A stretch of 64,000 nucleotides of DNA from an uncultured Cryomorphaceae bacterium (GTDB lineage Bacteria > Bacteroidota > Bacteroidia > Flavobacteriales_D > Cryomorphaceae): the NCBI GenBank assembly GCA_964651785.1, contig CAZYWJ010000002.1, forward strand, positions 3,834-67,833, read 5' to 3'. Below, piece by piece: positions 55,328-64,000 of this stretch (within the stretch, counting starts at the first letter, position 1; each line of letters starts with the position of its first letter). The notes beneath the pieces are model-generated. The model had not been told where the DNA came from. It saw nothing but the letters and a program-made list of their open reading frames with translations, and made no database searches. The translations under genes were made by a program, and so were the position numbers.

Positions 55328-57484
55328 ATGGGAAAAAAGAAGAAAAAAAAGCATACTCGAAAAAGTTCTCAATCTTTTAAGAAGGGAGAATTAAGAGGCA
55401 GCGTTATGACCCTTTTAAGGGGAATGCCAATGAAGTCATTGAATTACAAACAAATTTCTGCGCGGCTGGGAATTAATAATTCGAACGATCGAAAAGCCGT
55501 AGTTCAATTGCTGGAAGAATTGGTTACATCGGAACTGCTTATACAAGAAACGCAAGGTAAGTATGCGGTGCACCCCTCACAAATGGCACAATTGCATGCA
55601 GTTATGGATTTCACTAAATCAGGGTCGGCATATGCCATTCCTGAAGCAGACGAAAAAGACATATTCATTTCAGAAAAGAATACCGGAAAAGCTCTTCACG
55701 GCGATACGGTTGAGGTGGCAATAATCGGATCAAAAAGAGGTCAAGCTGAGGGAAAGGTGATTAATGTATTGAAGCGCAGTGCAGAAAACTATGTCGGAGT
55801 GATTGAGCTATCGAAAAACCATGCTTTTTTCGTTCCTACAAATTCGCGTATTCACGTTGACTTTTACATTGATAAAGCGAAAACCAAAAATGCCAAAAAC
55901 GGGCAGAAAGTGGTGGTGAAGCTATTAAATTGGAAAGACGATGAAAAATCACCGGAAGCAGAAGTCGTCAGTGTTTTGGGAGATCCGGGAGTGAATGAAG
56001 TGGAAATGCATGCTATCCTTGTAGAGTTCGATCTTCCGTTCGAATTTCCGGATGAGGTAGTCAATGCGGCTGAAAAAATTGATGTAACCATATCCGATGA
56101 AGAGATAAAGAGAAGGCGAGATTTCAGAGAGCATAAAACTTTCACCATAGATCCGGATGACGCGAAAGATTTTGACGATGCCCTCAGCATTAATCAGAAT
56201 TCCGATGGTACATACGAAGTTGGTATCCACATAGCCGACGTTTCGCATTATGTAAAGCCGGGTTCCGTATTGGAAGAAGAGGCTTTTAAAAGAGCTACCT
56301 CGGTATACTTGGTAGATCGAGTAGTACCTATGCTACCTGAAGTCTTATCAAATTTCGTATGTTCTTTAAGACCGAATGAGGAAAAGCTTTGCATGTCTGC
56401 CGTTTTTCAAATTTCCGAAGAGGGCAAAGTTTTGAAAGAGTGGTTTGGTAAGACGATAATCAATAGTGATCATCGCTTTACTTATGAGGAAGCACAAGCC
56501 ATCATTGAAGGGTCAGATAAAAAGCATCCGTTTACAGATGAAGTTCTTCTTTTTCACAAATGGGCCCTTAAGTATCGAAAGCAAAGAATAGAAAACGGAG
56601 CTTTAGAATTCAGTGGCACTGAAGTGAAGTTTAAGTTGGACGACCAAGGAAAACCTATCGGTGTCTACGAAAAGAAAATGAAGGAGGCTAATCATTTGAT
56701 TGAAGAGTTTATGCTTCTTGCCAATCGTCGAGTTGCGGCCTTTGTCGGTAAACCTGAAAAGAATAAAGAAGTTAAGACATTCGTATACCGGGTTCATGAT
56801 ACACCTGATCAAGACAAGCTTATTTCTTTACGGGATTTTGTGTCACGGCTTGGATATAAATTGAAAAGCGTACAACCCGAGAAGGCTTCTTTCGCAATAA
56901 ATGATTTATTAAAGCAAGTAAAGGACCAACCCGAAGAAGATGCTATAAAAGTTATGGCCATTCGCTCCATGGCTAAAGCCGTATATACCACTGAAAATAT
57001 AGGCCACTATGGATTGGCTTTCGATTTTTACACACACTTTACCTCACCCATACGGCGCTATCCTGATGTAATGGTTCATCGCTTGATTGAAGCTTATTCA
57101 GATGGAGCTAAATCAGCAAAAAAAGAAGAACTGGAAAAGAAGTGCAAGCATTCTTCTGAACGTGAAAAGAAAGCTTCTGAGGCAGAAAGAGCTTCCATTA
57201 AATACAAGCAAGTGGAATTCATGCTCGATAAAATCGGTGAGAACTTCGAAGGTCACATCAGCGGTATAGCGCGATGGGGAATCTTTGTAGAATTGGTTGG
57301 AACTAAAGTAGAAGGAATGGTACCTTTAAATTCTATGGACGACGATATTTACCGATTTGATGAAAAGAAGAATCAAATAGTAGGTCAACGCTACAAAGAG
57401 GTTTATGAATTCGGAGATAAGGTTAACGTAAAAGTCCACGGAGCAGACCTGATTCAGAAACAACTGGACTTTCGCCTGATTTAA
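55328..57484 (+). CDS. rnr: ribonuclease R
   Basis: 718 aa with a Lys-rich N-terminus, cold-shock-like domains, an RNB domain (TIDPDDAKDFDDALS; HYGLAFDFYTHFTSPIRRYPD) and a C-terminal S1 domain. Confidence 0.92.
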   Translation: MGKKKKKKHTRKSSQSFKKGELRGSVMTLLRGMPMKSLNYKQISARLGINNSNDRKAVVQLLEELVTSELLIQETQGKYAVHPSQMAQLHAVMDFTKSGSAYAIPEADEKDIFISEKNTGKALHGDTVEVAIIGSKRGQAEGKVINVLKRSAENYVGVIELSKNHAFFVPTNSRIHVDFYIDKAKTKNAKNGQKVVVKLLNWKDDEKSPEAEVVSVLGDPGVNEVEMHAILVEFDLPFEFPDEVVNAAEKIDVTISDEEIKRRRDFREHKTFTIDPDDAKDFDDALSINQNSDGTYEVGIHIADVSHYVKPGSVLEEEAFKRATSVYLVDRVVPMLPEVLSNFVCSLRPNEEKLCMSAVFQISEEGKVLKEWFGKTIINSDHRFTYEEAQAIIEGSDKKHPFTDEVLLFHKWALKYRKQRIENGALEFSGTEVKFKLDDQGKPIGVYEKKMKEANHLIEEFMLLANRRVAAFVGKPEKNKEVKTFVYRVHDTPDQDKLISLRDFVSRLGYKLKSVQPEKASFAINDLLKQVKDQPEEDAIKVMAIRSMAKAVYTTENIGHYGLAFDFYTHFTSPIRRYPDVMVHRLIEAYSDGAKSAKKEELEKKCKHSSEREKKASEAERASIKYKQVEFMLDKIGENFEGHISGIARWGIFVELVGTKVEGMVPLNSMDDDIYRFDEKKNQIVGQRYKEVYEFGDKVNVKVHGADLIQKQLDFRLI

Positions 57485-58239
57485 ACCAGATTGATTCTAC
57501 GCTGCAGTTCATCTTTAAATGAGCCTCCGATCGGAATGACCTTTTTATCATTTTCCAATATGAGATTTGGTTGCTCAATAGCAGCTATTTTATCTAGTCG
57601 TACGATATAAGATCTGTGCACTCTGATGAACTCTTCAGATGAAAGTTTCTTTTCAATATCCTTCATAGTAGAATGAATGGTATATCGAGTATTTAAAGCA
57701 TTAATAACTACATAGTCTTTCAAAGCTTCTACAAAGTAAATGTCAGAAGTTTTTAAACGAACCAAGCGAGAGTTAGACTTGACGAAAATAAAATCATCAC
57801 CGTCTTTATCTTTCTTATCGACAATGGAATACAGCAAATCCCTTTCCGTCCGTAGTTCTCTTTCCTTTTGGTGTTTGTATACCGCCATTTCGATGGAGGT
57901 ATGAATGTCAATCTCCTTAAAGGGTTTTATGATATACCCATACGGCTCCGTAACCTTAGCTTTTGCCAGCGTACCCTCATCGGCATAAGCAGTGAGAAAA
58001 ATTACGGGTATATTCAAGGATTCCTTAATTTTCTCGGAGGCATCTATTCCTGTTAATTCACCTTTGAGCATAATGTCCATTAAAACCAAGTCAGGCTTAA
58101 GCTCCAAGGCCAATTCGATAGCTTTTTCTCCCGTCGAAGCTGCCCCTACCACATTGTATCCGAGCTTCTTTAAACTATGCTGAATATCTTTGGAAACGAT
58201 ACTTTCATCTTCGACTACAAGAATGTTTGTTTTGGCCAT
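57481..58239 (-). CDS. LytTR-family response regulator
   Basis: Receiver domain (ILVVEDE...DLVLMDIML...) plus a C-terminal LytTR domain (IYFVEALKDYVVI...HRSYIV). Confidence 0.88.
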   Translation of the reverse strand: MAKTNILVVEDESIVSKDIQHSLKKLGYNVVGAASTGEKAIELALELKPDLVLMDIMLKGELTGIDASEKIKESLNIPVIFLTAYADEGTLAKAKVTEPYGYIIKPFKEIDIHTSIEMAVYKHQKERELRTERDLLYSIVDKKDKDGDDFIFVKSNSRLVRLKTSDIYFVEALKDYVVINALNTRYTIHSTMKDIEKKLSSEEFIRVHRSYIVRLDKIAAIEQPNLILENDKKVIPIGGSFKDELQRRINLV

Positions 58240-58253
58240 TGTATCTTGGTTTT

Positions 58254-60704
58254 TTACTGTCTTTCAAAAGTAATTAAATATTTTGTACCGCCTTTTGTGC
58301 TCACTTCAATGGAGGCATCCAATTGGTCTTTGAGGGTATATACCAATTGTAATCCTAAAGAATCGCTGTTTTCATAATCAAAACCTTCAGGCAATCCGCG
58401 ACCATTGTCAGCAATAGTCAACGAAACCTTTGAGCCTTTATGCTTAGCCGAAACAAATATTTCTCCCGGTTGACCTTTATCGAAGGCATATTTAAGAGAG
58501 TTAGAAATCAGCTCATTTGCAATAAGCCCGCACGGAATTGCTTGATCGAGTGATAAGTACGTGTCGTCCAGATCCGTTTTTAAATTTACCATACCCACTT
58601 CCAAACTGTACGAATGCACCAGATTATTCGCCAGTGATAAAATATATCCACTAAATTCTATTCCTGAAAAGTCTTTCGTTTGGTAAAGTGATTCATGAAT
58701 GAAACTCATTGATTTTATCCGGTTTTGGCTTTCGCGCAAAATGTTCAATGAATTTTCATCTTTGACGTATGAAGACTGAAGATTCAAAATACTACTTATA
58801 ACCTGAAGATTATTTTTTACCCGATGATGGACTTCCTGCAAAAGAATCTCTTTTTCAGACAATGATTCCTTCATCTTCTTTTGGATGATTTTTTTATCCG
58901 TCACATCGTAAGACATGCAGGAGATTTCTTTGATTTTACTATCCTCTCCTACAATGGGGCTCAAAAAAACTTCCATCCACACTTCATTTCCATCTTGTCC
59001 CGGTAAACGCCCTTCAAATTGTTGCATTTTTCCTTTAAAGGCTAACTTGAAATAATTGTCCAATTCACCATGTGCCTCTTCATTCAGATGATTTTTAAGC
59101 AGTTCTATAAAATTGCTTCCTATACTTACTTCTCTATCGAGAAGCTTGAAATGCTGATCAGCAAAAATTCTGTTGTAAGAAACAATATGGTAATCTGTAT
59201 CTACTGTCCAGATAAGCATAGCAGTGCTGTCAAAAATAGCTTGAATCTTAGCCGCCTGAGCTTTCAATTTTTTTTCGGCTGCCTTCTTATAGGTTACGGC
59301 CTGACTTATTCCCGCTACTTCAATTATATTGCCTTCATCATCAAAAATGGGATTGAACGAAACCTCTGCGGTATGTTCTTTTCCCATCGCATCCTTATAT
59401 TCAGACTCAAATCTGAGCTGCTCGCCCTGAAAAGCCCTTTGATACCTCTCCTTCCAAATTGCCCGTCTTGATTTGGAAATGCTGTTTCCCATTTCATAGA
59501 CCTTTTTTCCCAAAGCCACTTCCGTATTGAATCGTTTGGAGACACCTTGCTCGTAAAATTCATTAAAAAAGGTTAATTCAAATTTTTCATTCACAGACCA
59601 AATCATATGATTCGTAGCATTGAAAATGGTGTTGATTTTCTTAGATTGATCCTGAATATTCTTAGCTGCCACTTTTTGTTCGGTTACATCCAGGGCTAAC
59701 CCCGCTACTTCTTTTACTTCTTCGTTTATGAGAATCGGATTTAAATAAATATCTCTGTAAGAAGTCTGACCTTTGAGATCGGTTGTCTTGGAAGTGAAAT
59801 TTATTCCTTCACCGTGACGAAAAACATAATCATATTTTTCATCCCAAAAAGAATGATATTCTTTTGAGGCAAATTTTTGCTTCGGTTTGGAGAGATCCGT
59901 ATTTATCTCAGGAACTACCCCATACAAATCTTTAATAGTGTGAGAATATGCATCGTTGAAGGATGTCAGCGACTTGTTTCTGTTCACGCTCCAAAAGAGA
60001 ATATTACCCGTTCGAAAAAAAGCTTTAATCCGAGCCGATTGATCGTTTACTTGACGAATGGTGGAAATGTCATCGGTTATGTCTTTCATCAAACATAGAA
60101 ACGATTTCTTACCATCAATCATTTTCAACTCATGTTTGCACTCGAGAAAGACTTGCTGTCCTGACTCTGCTTCAAGACCGATTAAAAGATCATCTCCTGA
60201 ATCAGAAGGTTTGAGATTACTCAAAAAATTTTGATAGCTAACCTTGTATTCAGGAAGAATTAAATCATTGAAATTCAAATTCTTTTCCCTATACCCTATC
60301 CTGTCATTCCATGCCTTATTTCTGAACAGAATGTTACCATCATCATCTATAATTTTAATGATTGCCGGATCAGTATCATCAAACAGGGCAGTGCGCCCTC
60401 CGTAAATTTCGGAATGCAAAAGCACTAAGATATCACTGCGCCTTCCCATGAAGGTAAGCATGGATAATTTTCCCGAATTTCCGATAAAATAGGACTCTAA
60501 CCCTATCGTATCCTCCGAATCTATTACATCTAAGAATGCTTGAAAAGCATGTAAATCGGATTGCTCCAAAATATCGTTTACTGCCTTCGCTTTATATTCA
60601 CAATTAGTACCAAAGCAATTGGTTATGTTACCATCCCGAGTAACTTCCAGAATGCTCTGATAAAGAATAGATTCATTCTTTTTAGGGCCGTAAGAACTGT
60701 CCAA
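58254..60704 (-). CDS. multi-PAS sensor histidine kinase (HisKA_2 / HWE-related type)
   Basis: 816 aa. Several PAS/PAC-like modules are followed by EVHHRVKNNLQVISSILNLQ (HisKA_2 H-box) and an HATPase domain (ELISNSLKYAF...DNGRGLP...SLGLQLV). TTG start. Confidence 0.85.
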   Translation of the reverse strand: MDSSYGPKKNESILYQSILEVTRDGNITNCFGTNCEYKAKAVNDILEQSDLHAFQAFLDVIDSEDTIGLESYFIGNSGKLSMLTFMGRRSDILVLLHSEIYGGRTALFDDTDPAIIKIIDDDGNILFRNKAWNDRIGYREKNLNFNDLILPEYKVSYQNFLSNLKPSDSGDDLLIGLEAESGQQVFLECKHELKMIDGKKSFLCLMKDITDDISTIRQVNDQSARIKAFFRTGNILFWSVNRNKSLTSFNDAYSHTIKDLYGVVPEINTDLSKPKQKFASKEYHSFWDEKYDYVFRHGEGINFTSKTTDLKGQTSYRDIYLNPILINEEVKEVAGLALDVTEQKVAAKNIQDQSKKINTIFNATNHMIWSVNEKFELTFFNEFYEQGVSKRFNTEVALGKKVYEMGNSISKSRRAIWKERYQRAFQGEQLRFESEYKDAMGKEHTAEVSFNPIFDDEGNIIEVAGISQAVTYKKAAEKKLKAQAAKIQAIFDSTAMLIWTVDTDYHIVSYNRIFADQHFKLLDREVSIGSNFIELLKNHLNEEAHGELDNYFKLAFKGKMQQFEGRLPGQDGNEVWMEVFLSPIVGEDSKIKEISCMSYDVTDKKIIQKKMKESLSEKEILLQEVHHRVKNNLQVISSILNLQSSYVKDENSLNILRESQNRIKSMSFIHESLYQTKDFSGIEFSGYILSLANNLVHSYSLEVGMVNLKTDLDDTYLSLDQAIPCGLIANELISNSLKYAFDKGQPGEIFVSAKHKGSKVSLTIADNGRGLPEGFDYENSDSLGLQLVYTLKDQLDASIEVSTKGGTKYLITFERQ

Positions 60705-60774
60705 GGTGTTATCTTAAATAAATACGATGATATCTGATATTTCACCGTTGTAGATCAAAGGTCGCTATTTAAGA

Positions 60775-62367
60775 TCAATTTGAAAGTTCTTCCTCAACTT
60801 CTGTTTCAGATTCACTATATACTTTTCTACCGTTAATTTTTACCTCCTGCCCGTTCTTATATTTAACCACCAACTCCTGCACTCCGTTTTCATCATACGT
60901 TTTCCACGTACCGACTCTAACCCCGCTGGAATATTTCCCTTCTTTCTTCAACTGACCGTTCGGATAGTACCACTTGTGTTTTCCGATAGCCAAGCCCATG
61001 GCATATTCTCCTTCATAATTCAGCTCACCCTCCGGATACTCGTATATCCACTCCCCGTTCCGCTCGCCATCCAAGTATGATCCCTTTTCCGTATGATCAC
61101 CCACATTATAAAACCACTCTCCGTCTTTGTAACCGCTCACATATTCGCCTCTTGAAATCTCATTTCCTTCAATGTCATATTCAATTGACTCCCCATCTTC
61201 TTTTCCCCTGCGGTAATATTCTTCGCGTCGTAAATTTCCATTATCAAAATACCAAGTCCATCTGCCTTGAGGCAATCCATCGACATATTTGGCCCGGTGT
61301 TCAATCTCACCGTTTTTATGGTAAAAAACCCACTCTCCTATTCGGTTACTGTTTTCAAATTCCCCCTCAGCTTTTAATTCTCCGGTGTCGTAATACAATT
61401 TCCACAATCCTTGATAATCACCCTTCTCATCAATAATTCCTGCCGCCGTTTTTTCCCCTCTGTGGTAAATTTCAGCTCCTTCTATATTTCCTTCATTATC
61501 ATAATAGCGATGCGTCCCCTCTTTTTTTCCGTCTACATATCCGCCCGTCGATTTAATTTCCCCATTGGGATAATAGCTGTTGCGCAGATCCAAAATGACC
61601 GATTCCTCTGAATCTACCACAAGTTGATCATCCCGATACTTCTCTAAACTGATGAGATCGCCATCTTTATCAAAGGTTTTAAAAATCCCGTTCTTCTTAT
61701 CATTCATGTAAGTCCCTTCTACATGAATGTTACCATTAGGATAAAATGTAATCCACTTTCCTCTTTTTTTACCTCTGTCATCATATCTGTTTATACGTTC
61801 AGCAGATTTCAAATATCCTTCGCGATACTTTAATAAAGTTATGACTCTGCCATCTCTCGCATACTCAAATCCTTCTCCCTCTTCCAGATCATCTTCGTAT
61901 GGTATTTCCTTCTGAACTTCACCTGTCGGAAAATATATCTCTGCTACTCCCGTACGCTTGTCATTTTCTAAGATAGCCTTTTCATAGAGTGCTCCGTTAT
62001 TGTAAGTAAGTACCTCCCCGTTTTTGATGCCATTTTCATAAGTTATCTTACTGGTGATCAAACCTTCTTCATCATAGAAAACCCATATGCTATCCAATTG
62101 AAATTTCTCTCGGTTTCCTTCACTCTTAATTTGCCCGGAAGGATAGTATGTGGTCCAGTATCCGTTAGGTTTGCCATCGAGTAAATAGCCTTCGGAAGAA
62201 ACTTTTCCATCATCATAATAGTACACGGTATACTCGCCATCCTGAGCACTAAGGTCAGCAATTTGAACCATTGTCAAAATCAGAGTCAAGCCTATCATTA
62301 TATTCTTCTTTAGATAAAATAATGAATATGTAATAGGTCTGTTCATTCTGTTTAAATTGAAATTCAT
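60775..62367 (-). CDS. secreted MORN-variant (YwqK-like) repeat protein
   Basis: About 20 repeats of the type G.W..YY.NGQ(I/L)K.EG.Y..G...G.W..Y...G. The start is ambiguous (ATG at 62367 or 62346; track start 62457) and precedes a signal-like helix IMIGLTLILTMVQIADLSAQ. Confidence 0.75.
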   Translation of the reverse strand: MNFNLNRMNRPITYSLFYLKKNIMIGLTLILTMVQIADLSAQDGEYTVYYYDDGKVSSEGYLLDGKPNGYWTTYYPSGQIKSEGNREKFQLDSIWVFYDEEGLITSKITYENGIKNGEVLTYNNGALYEKAILENDKRTGVAEIYFPTGEVQKEIPYEDDLEEGEGFEYARDGRVITLLKYREGYLKSAERINRYDDRGKKRGKWITFYPNGNIHVEGTYMNDKKNGIFKTFDKDGDLISLEKYRDDQLVVDSEESVILDLRNSYYPNGEIKSTGGYVDGKKEGTHRYYDNEGNIEGAEIYHRGEKTAAGIIDEKGDYQGLWKLYYDTGELKAEGEFENSNRIGEWVFYHKNGEIEHRAKYVDGLPQGRWTWYFDNGNLRREEYYRRGKEDGESIEYDIEGNEISRGEYVSGYKDGEWFYNVGDHTEKGSYLDGERNGEWIYEYPEGELNYEGEYAMGLAIGKHKWYYPNGQLKKEGKYSSGVRVGTWKTYDENGVQELVVKYKNGQEVKINGRKVYSESETEVEEELSN

Positions 62368-62790
62368 GAATAGTTGTATATGTAACTTTTCCAAAGTTAA
62401 TAACAGAGTCTTAACGGTTTTTATGTCAGAATATCTTTGGAGAGAAGGCCTTATCATTTAATTAACAATTTCAACTTCTTTTTCCCTCTTGATACAATCC
62501 ATGTGTGAGAATGAATCATATTGTTGATGAAACGGTGTTGAAATTTTGAAATCTGCTCGCAACTTTTTCTTGGATATGATGATGAGGTTATTGCTTAATC
62601 AAATTCTCTTTCAAAGGTGAAATACTTCCGGCAATGTTTACACATTGTTTCTCTTCTATTAACATATTGACCGGTGAAAACTGATAATTAAGAAATCAGT
62701 ATTTACAGGGTTTTTGATACATTCATTTTCTTACTTGTTGAAAAAAATGATCATGACTTCTGATGCGTATCTTTGTTGAAAACGGAACAA

Positions 62791-63219
62791 ATGAAGATTG
62801 CAATTGGCGGCGACCATGCCGGATATTCATTAAAAAAGGAACTGATCAGTTATTTGAAAGAACTCGGTCATCAATTAAAAGATTGCGGAACTCATAGTGA
62901 TGAAAGTACTGATTATCCACCTTTTGCACATGCCGTAGCAGAAGCTGTCGCTGATAATGATTTTGAAGCAGGTATTCTTATTTGTGGAAGTGCTAACGGG
63001 GTGGCGATGGCGGCTAATAAACATAAATCCATTCGATGTGCTATTTGTTGGGACGTTGAATTAGCAGAATTAGCAAGAGCTCACAATGATGCGAACGTAA
63101 TCGCTCTTCCTGCCCGATTCATTTCGAAAGAAAAAGCATTTGAGATAGCTCGGACCTTTTTATCTACTTCTTTCGAAGGGGGACGTCATAAAAGACGGGT
63201 GGATCAAATTCCTTGTTAG
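62791..63219 (+). CDS. rpiB: ribose-5-phosphate isomerase B
   Basis: MKIAIGGDHAGYSLKKEL... and GILICGSANGVAMAANK. ATG 62791 is preferred to track position 62773. Confidence 0.9.
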   Translation: MKIAIGGDHAGYSLKKELISYLKELGHQLKDCGTHSDESTDYPPFAHAVAEAVADNDFEAGILICGSANGVAMAANKHKSIRCAICWDVELAELARAHNDANVIALPARFISKEKAFEIARTFLSTSFEGGRHKRRVDQIPC

Positions 63220-63222
63220 AGT

Positions 63223-64000
63223 TTAGTATTCCTCCTCAACCAGACGGGCAATTAGCTCTTTTTTTTCTTGAATGAATTCAGAGTAATGCTCCCCTGTTCC
63301 CGGTCCGTAGAAGCCCGTGTAAATTTCGGAGACCCGGCGATCTTTTCCTATAAAGATTAATGTAGGAAATGAACTTATGGAGCTAAGCATGGGAAATTTT
63401 TCATTGGCGCCTTTCTTACTGGCCTTTCCGCCGAATAGAAATCGATTCGGAATATCGAGTCGATGAGCATATTCGGAAAAAGCATTTTTTGCAGATTCAA
63501 GGTCATCTTTATATTCAAACAGTACAGGGAGTACAACCAATTCGCTATTGGAATAAGGTTGTGCCAATTCGGCTAAAGCTCTCGAAGCATCCATACAATT
63601 AGGGCACCACGTTCCCATGATGTCAAGAATTACAACCTTACCATCCAGATCGGCTTTATTCCAATTGACTTCTTCTCCTTTCTCATTTATCAGATTAAAA
63701 TCAAAAGGTTTTTGAGATGTTATAGTAGTGATGCTTTCAGGCTTTGCCAGGGAAGTTAATGAATCGGTCAGCCCGATCCATTCAGCTTCGTAATGAGTTC
63801 CTGATTTGAAAATTCCGTTAACTAATGAATCACCTTTTATACTGGCTTTGAAAAAGAAAGCATGGCTGCCATCAAAAGTGCTGAGATAAATAGAGTTATT
63901 CATAATGTTTCCCTCCAGAAATCTATAATCACCCGTTTCAGTCAGAAACGTACCTTTCAATCTGCCTGACCGGTTTTCCAATTCCAAGATTGCCGGATAT
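63223..64000 (-). CDS. TlpA-family thiol:disulfide oxidoreductase (thioredoxin fold); 5' end beyond the window
   Basis: It carries WCPNC, a redox motif in a thioredoxin fold (VILDIMGTWCPNCMD). The frame stays open to position 64000, so the N-terminus is missing. Confidence 0.8.
   Translation of the reverse strand, partial: YPAILELENRSGRLKGTFLTETGDYRFLEGNIMNNSIYLSTFDGSHAFFFKASIKGDSLVNGIFKSGTHYEAEWIGLTDSLTSLAKPESITTITSQKPFDFNLINEKGEEVNWNKADLDGKVVILDIMGTWCPNCMDASRALAELAQPYSNSELVVLPVLFEYKDDLESAKNAFSEYAHRLDIPNRFLFGGKASKKGANEKFPMLSSISSFPTLIFIGKDRRVSEIYTGFYGPGTGEHYSEFIQEKKELIARLVEEEY

Noticed and set aside
1-64000. CRISPR arrays, IS elements, integrases, prophage genes and known defence systems.
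   Set aside because: No spaced direct-repeat array, no transposase or recombinase motifs and no recognisable defence-gene signature were seen in any frame. The only repeat structure found is the tRNA-Asn/GIY-YIG duplication.

Overview
This is a densely coding Bacteroidota-type chromosomal window, judged from T9SS C-terminal sorting signal, gldH, an IPExxxVDY protein, TAnnTTTG-like promoter boxes and frequent 1-4 nt gene overlaps. Three blocks are visible. (1) Positions 1-17.1 kb hold a light/UV-response supercluster. It contains a CarH/LitR-type B12-binding MerR regulator, an ECF sigma factor and carotenoid genes (crtI, crtB, idi, crtZ, lycopene cyclase domain). It also contains a class I CPD photolyase, a CRY-DASH cryptochrome with an overlapping DUF2256 zinc-ribbon ORF, a GTP cyclohydrolase I / PTPS / SDR / flavin-reductase pterin-like module and divergent uvrC. 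Three matching inverted repeats (GTTTAA-N-TTAAAC) lie around the regulator gene. (2) Positions 17-50 kb are mostly housekeeping genes: gpsA, lysS, lipB, pgk, holB, PSP1/ricT, gldH, PBP1A, pheS, pyk, rnc, fabF, acpP, purN, rnhA. Two oddities sit in this block. scoA and scoB are split by a large polytopic membrane protein and followed by a second, frameshifted one plus a GT2 glycosyltransferase. There is also an iodotyrosine-deiodinase-like nitroreductase. (3) Positions 50-64 kb start with tRNA-Asn(GTT). It is immediately followed by a 99-aa GIY-YIG ORF bracketed by a duplicated tRNA 3' half plus terminator (383-bp period), with an 18-nt perfect palindrome replacing the variable loop in the second copy. 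I rate this the most unusual structure in the window. After it come a Usp protein, a YfiR-like/TPR/HAMP-PP2C signalling operon, RNase R, a multi-PAS HisKA_2 kinase with a LytTR regulator, a MORN-variant repeat protein, rpiB and a partial TlpA-like thioredoxin. I recognised no CRISPR array, transposase, integrase, rRNA or known defence system. All functional calls rest on motif and family recognition by eye; no searches were run.
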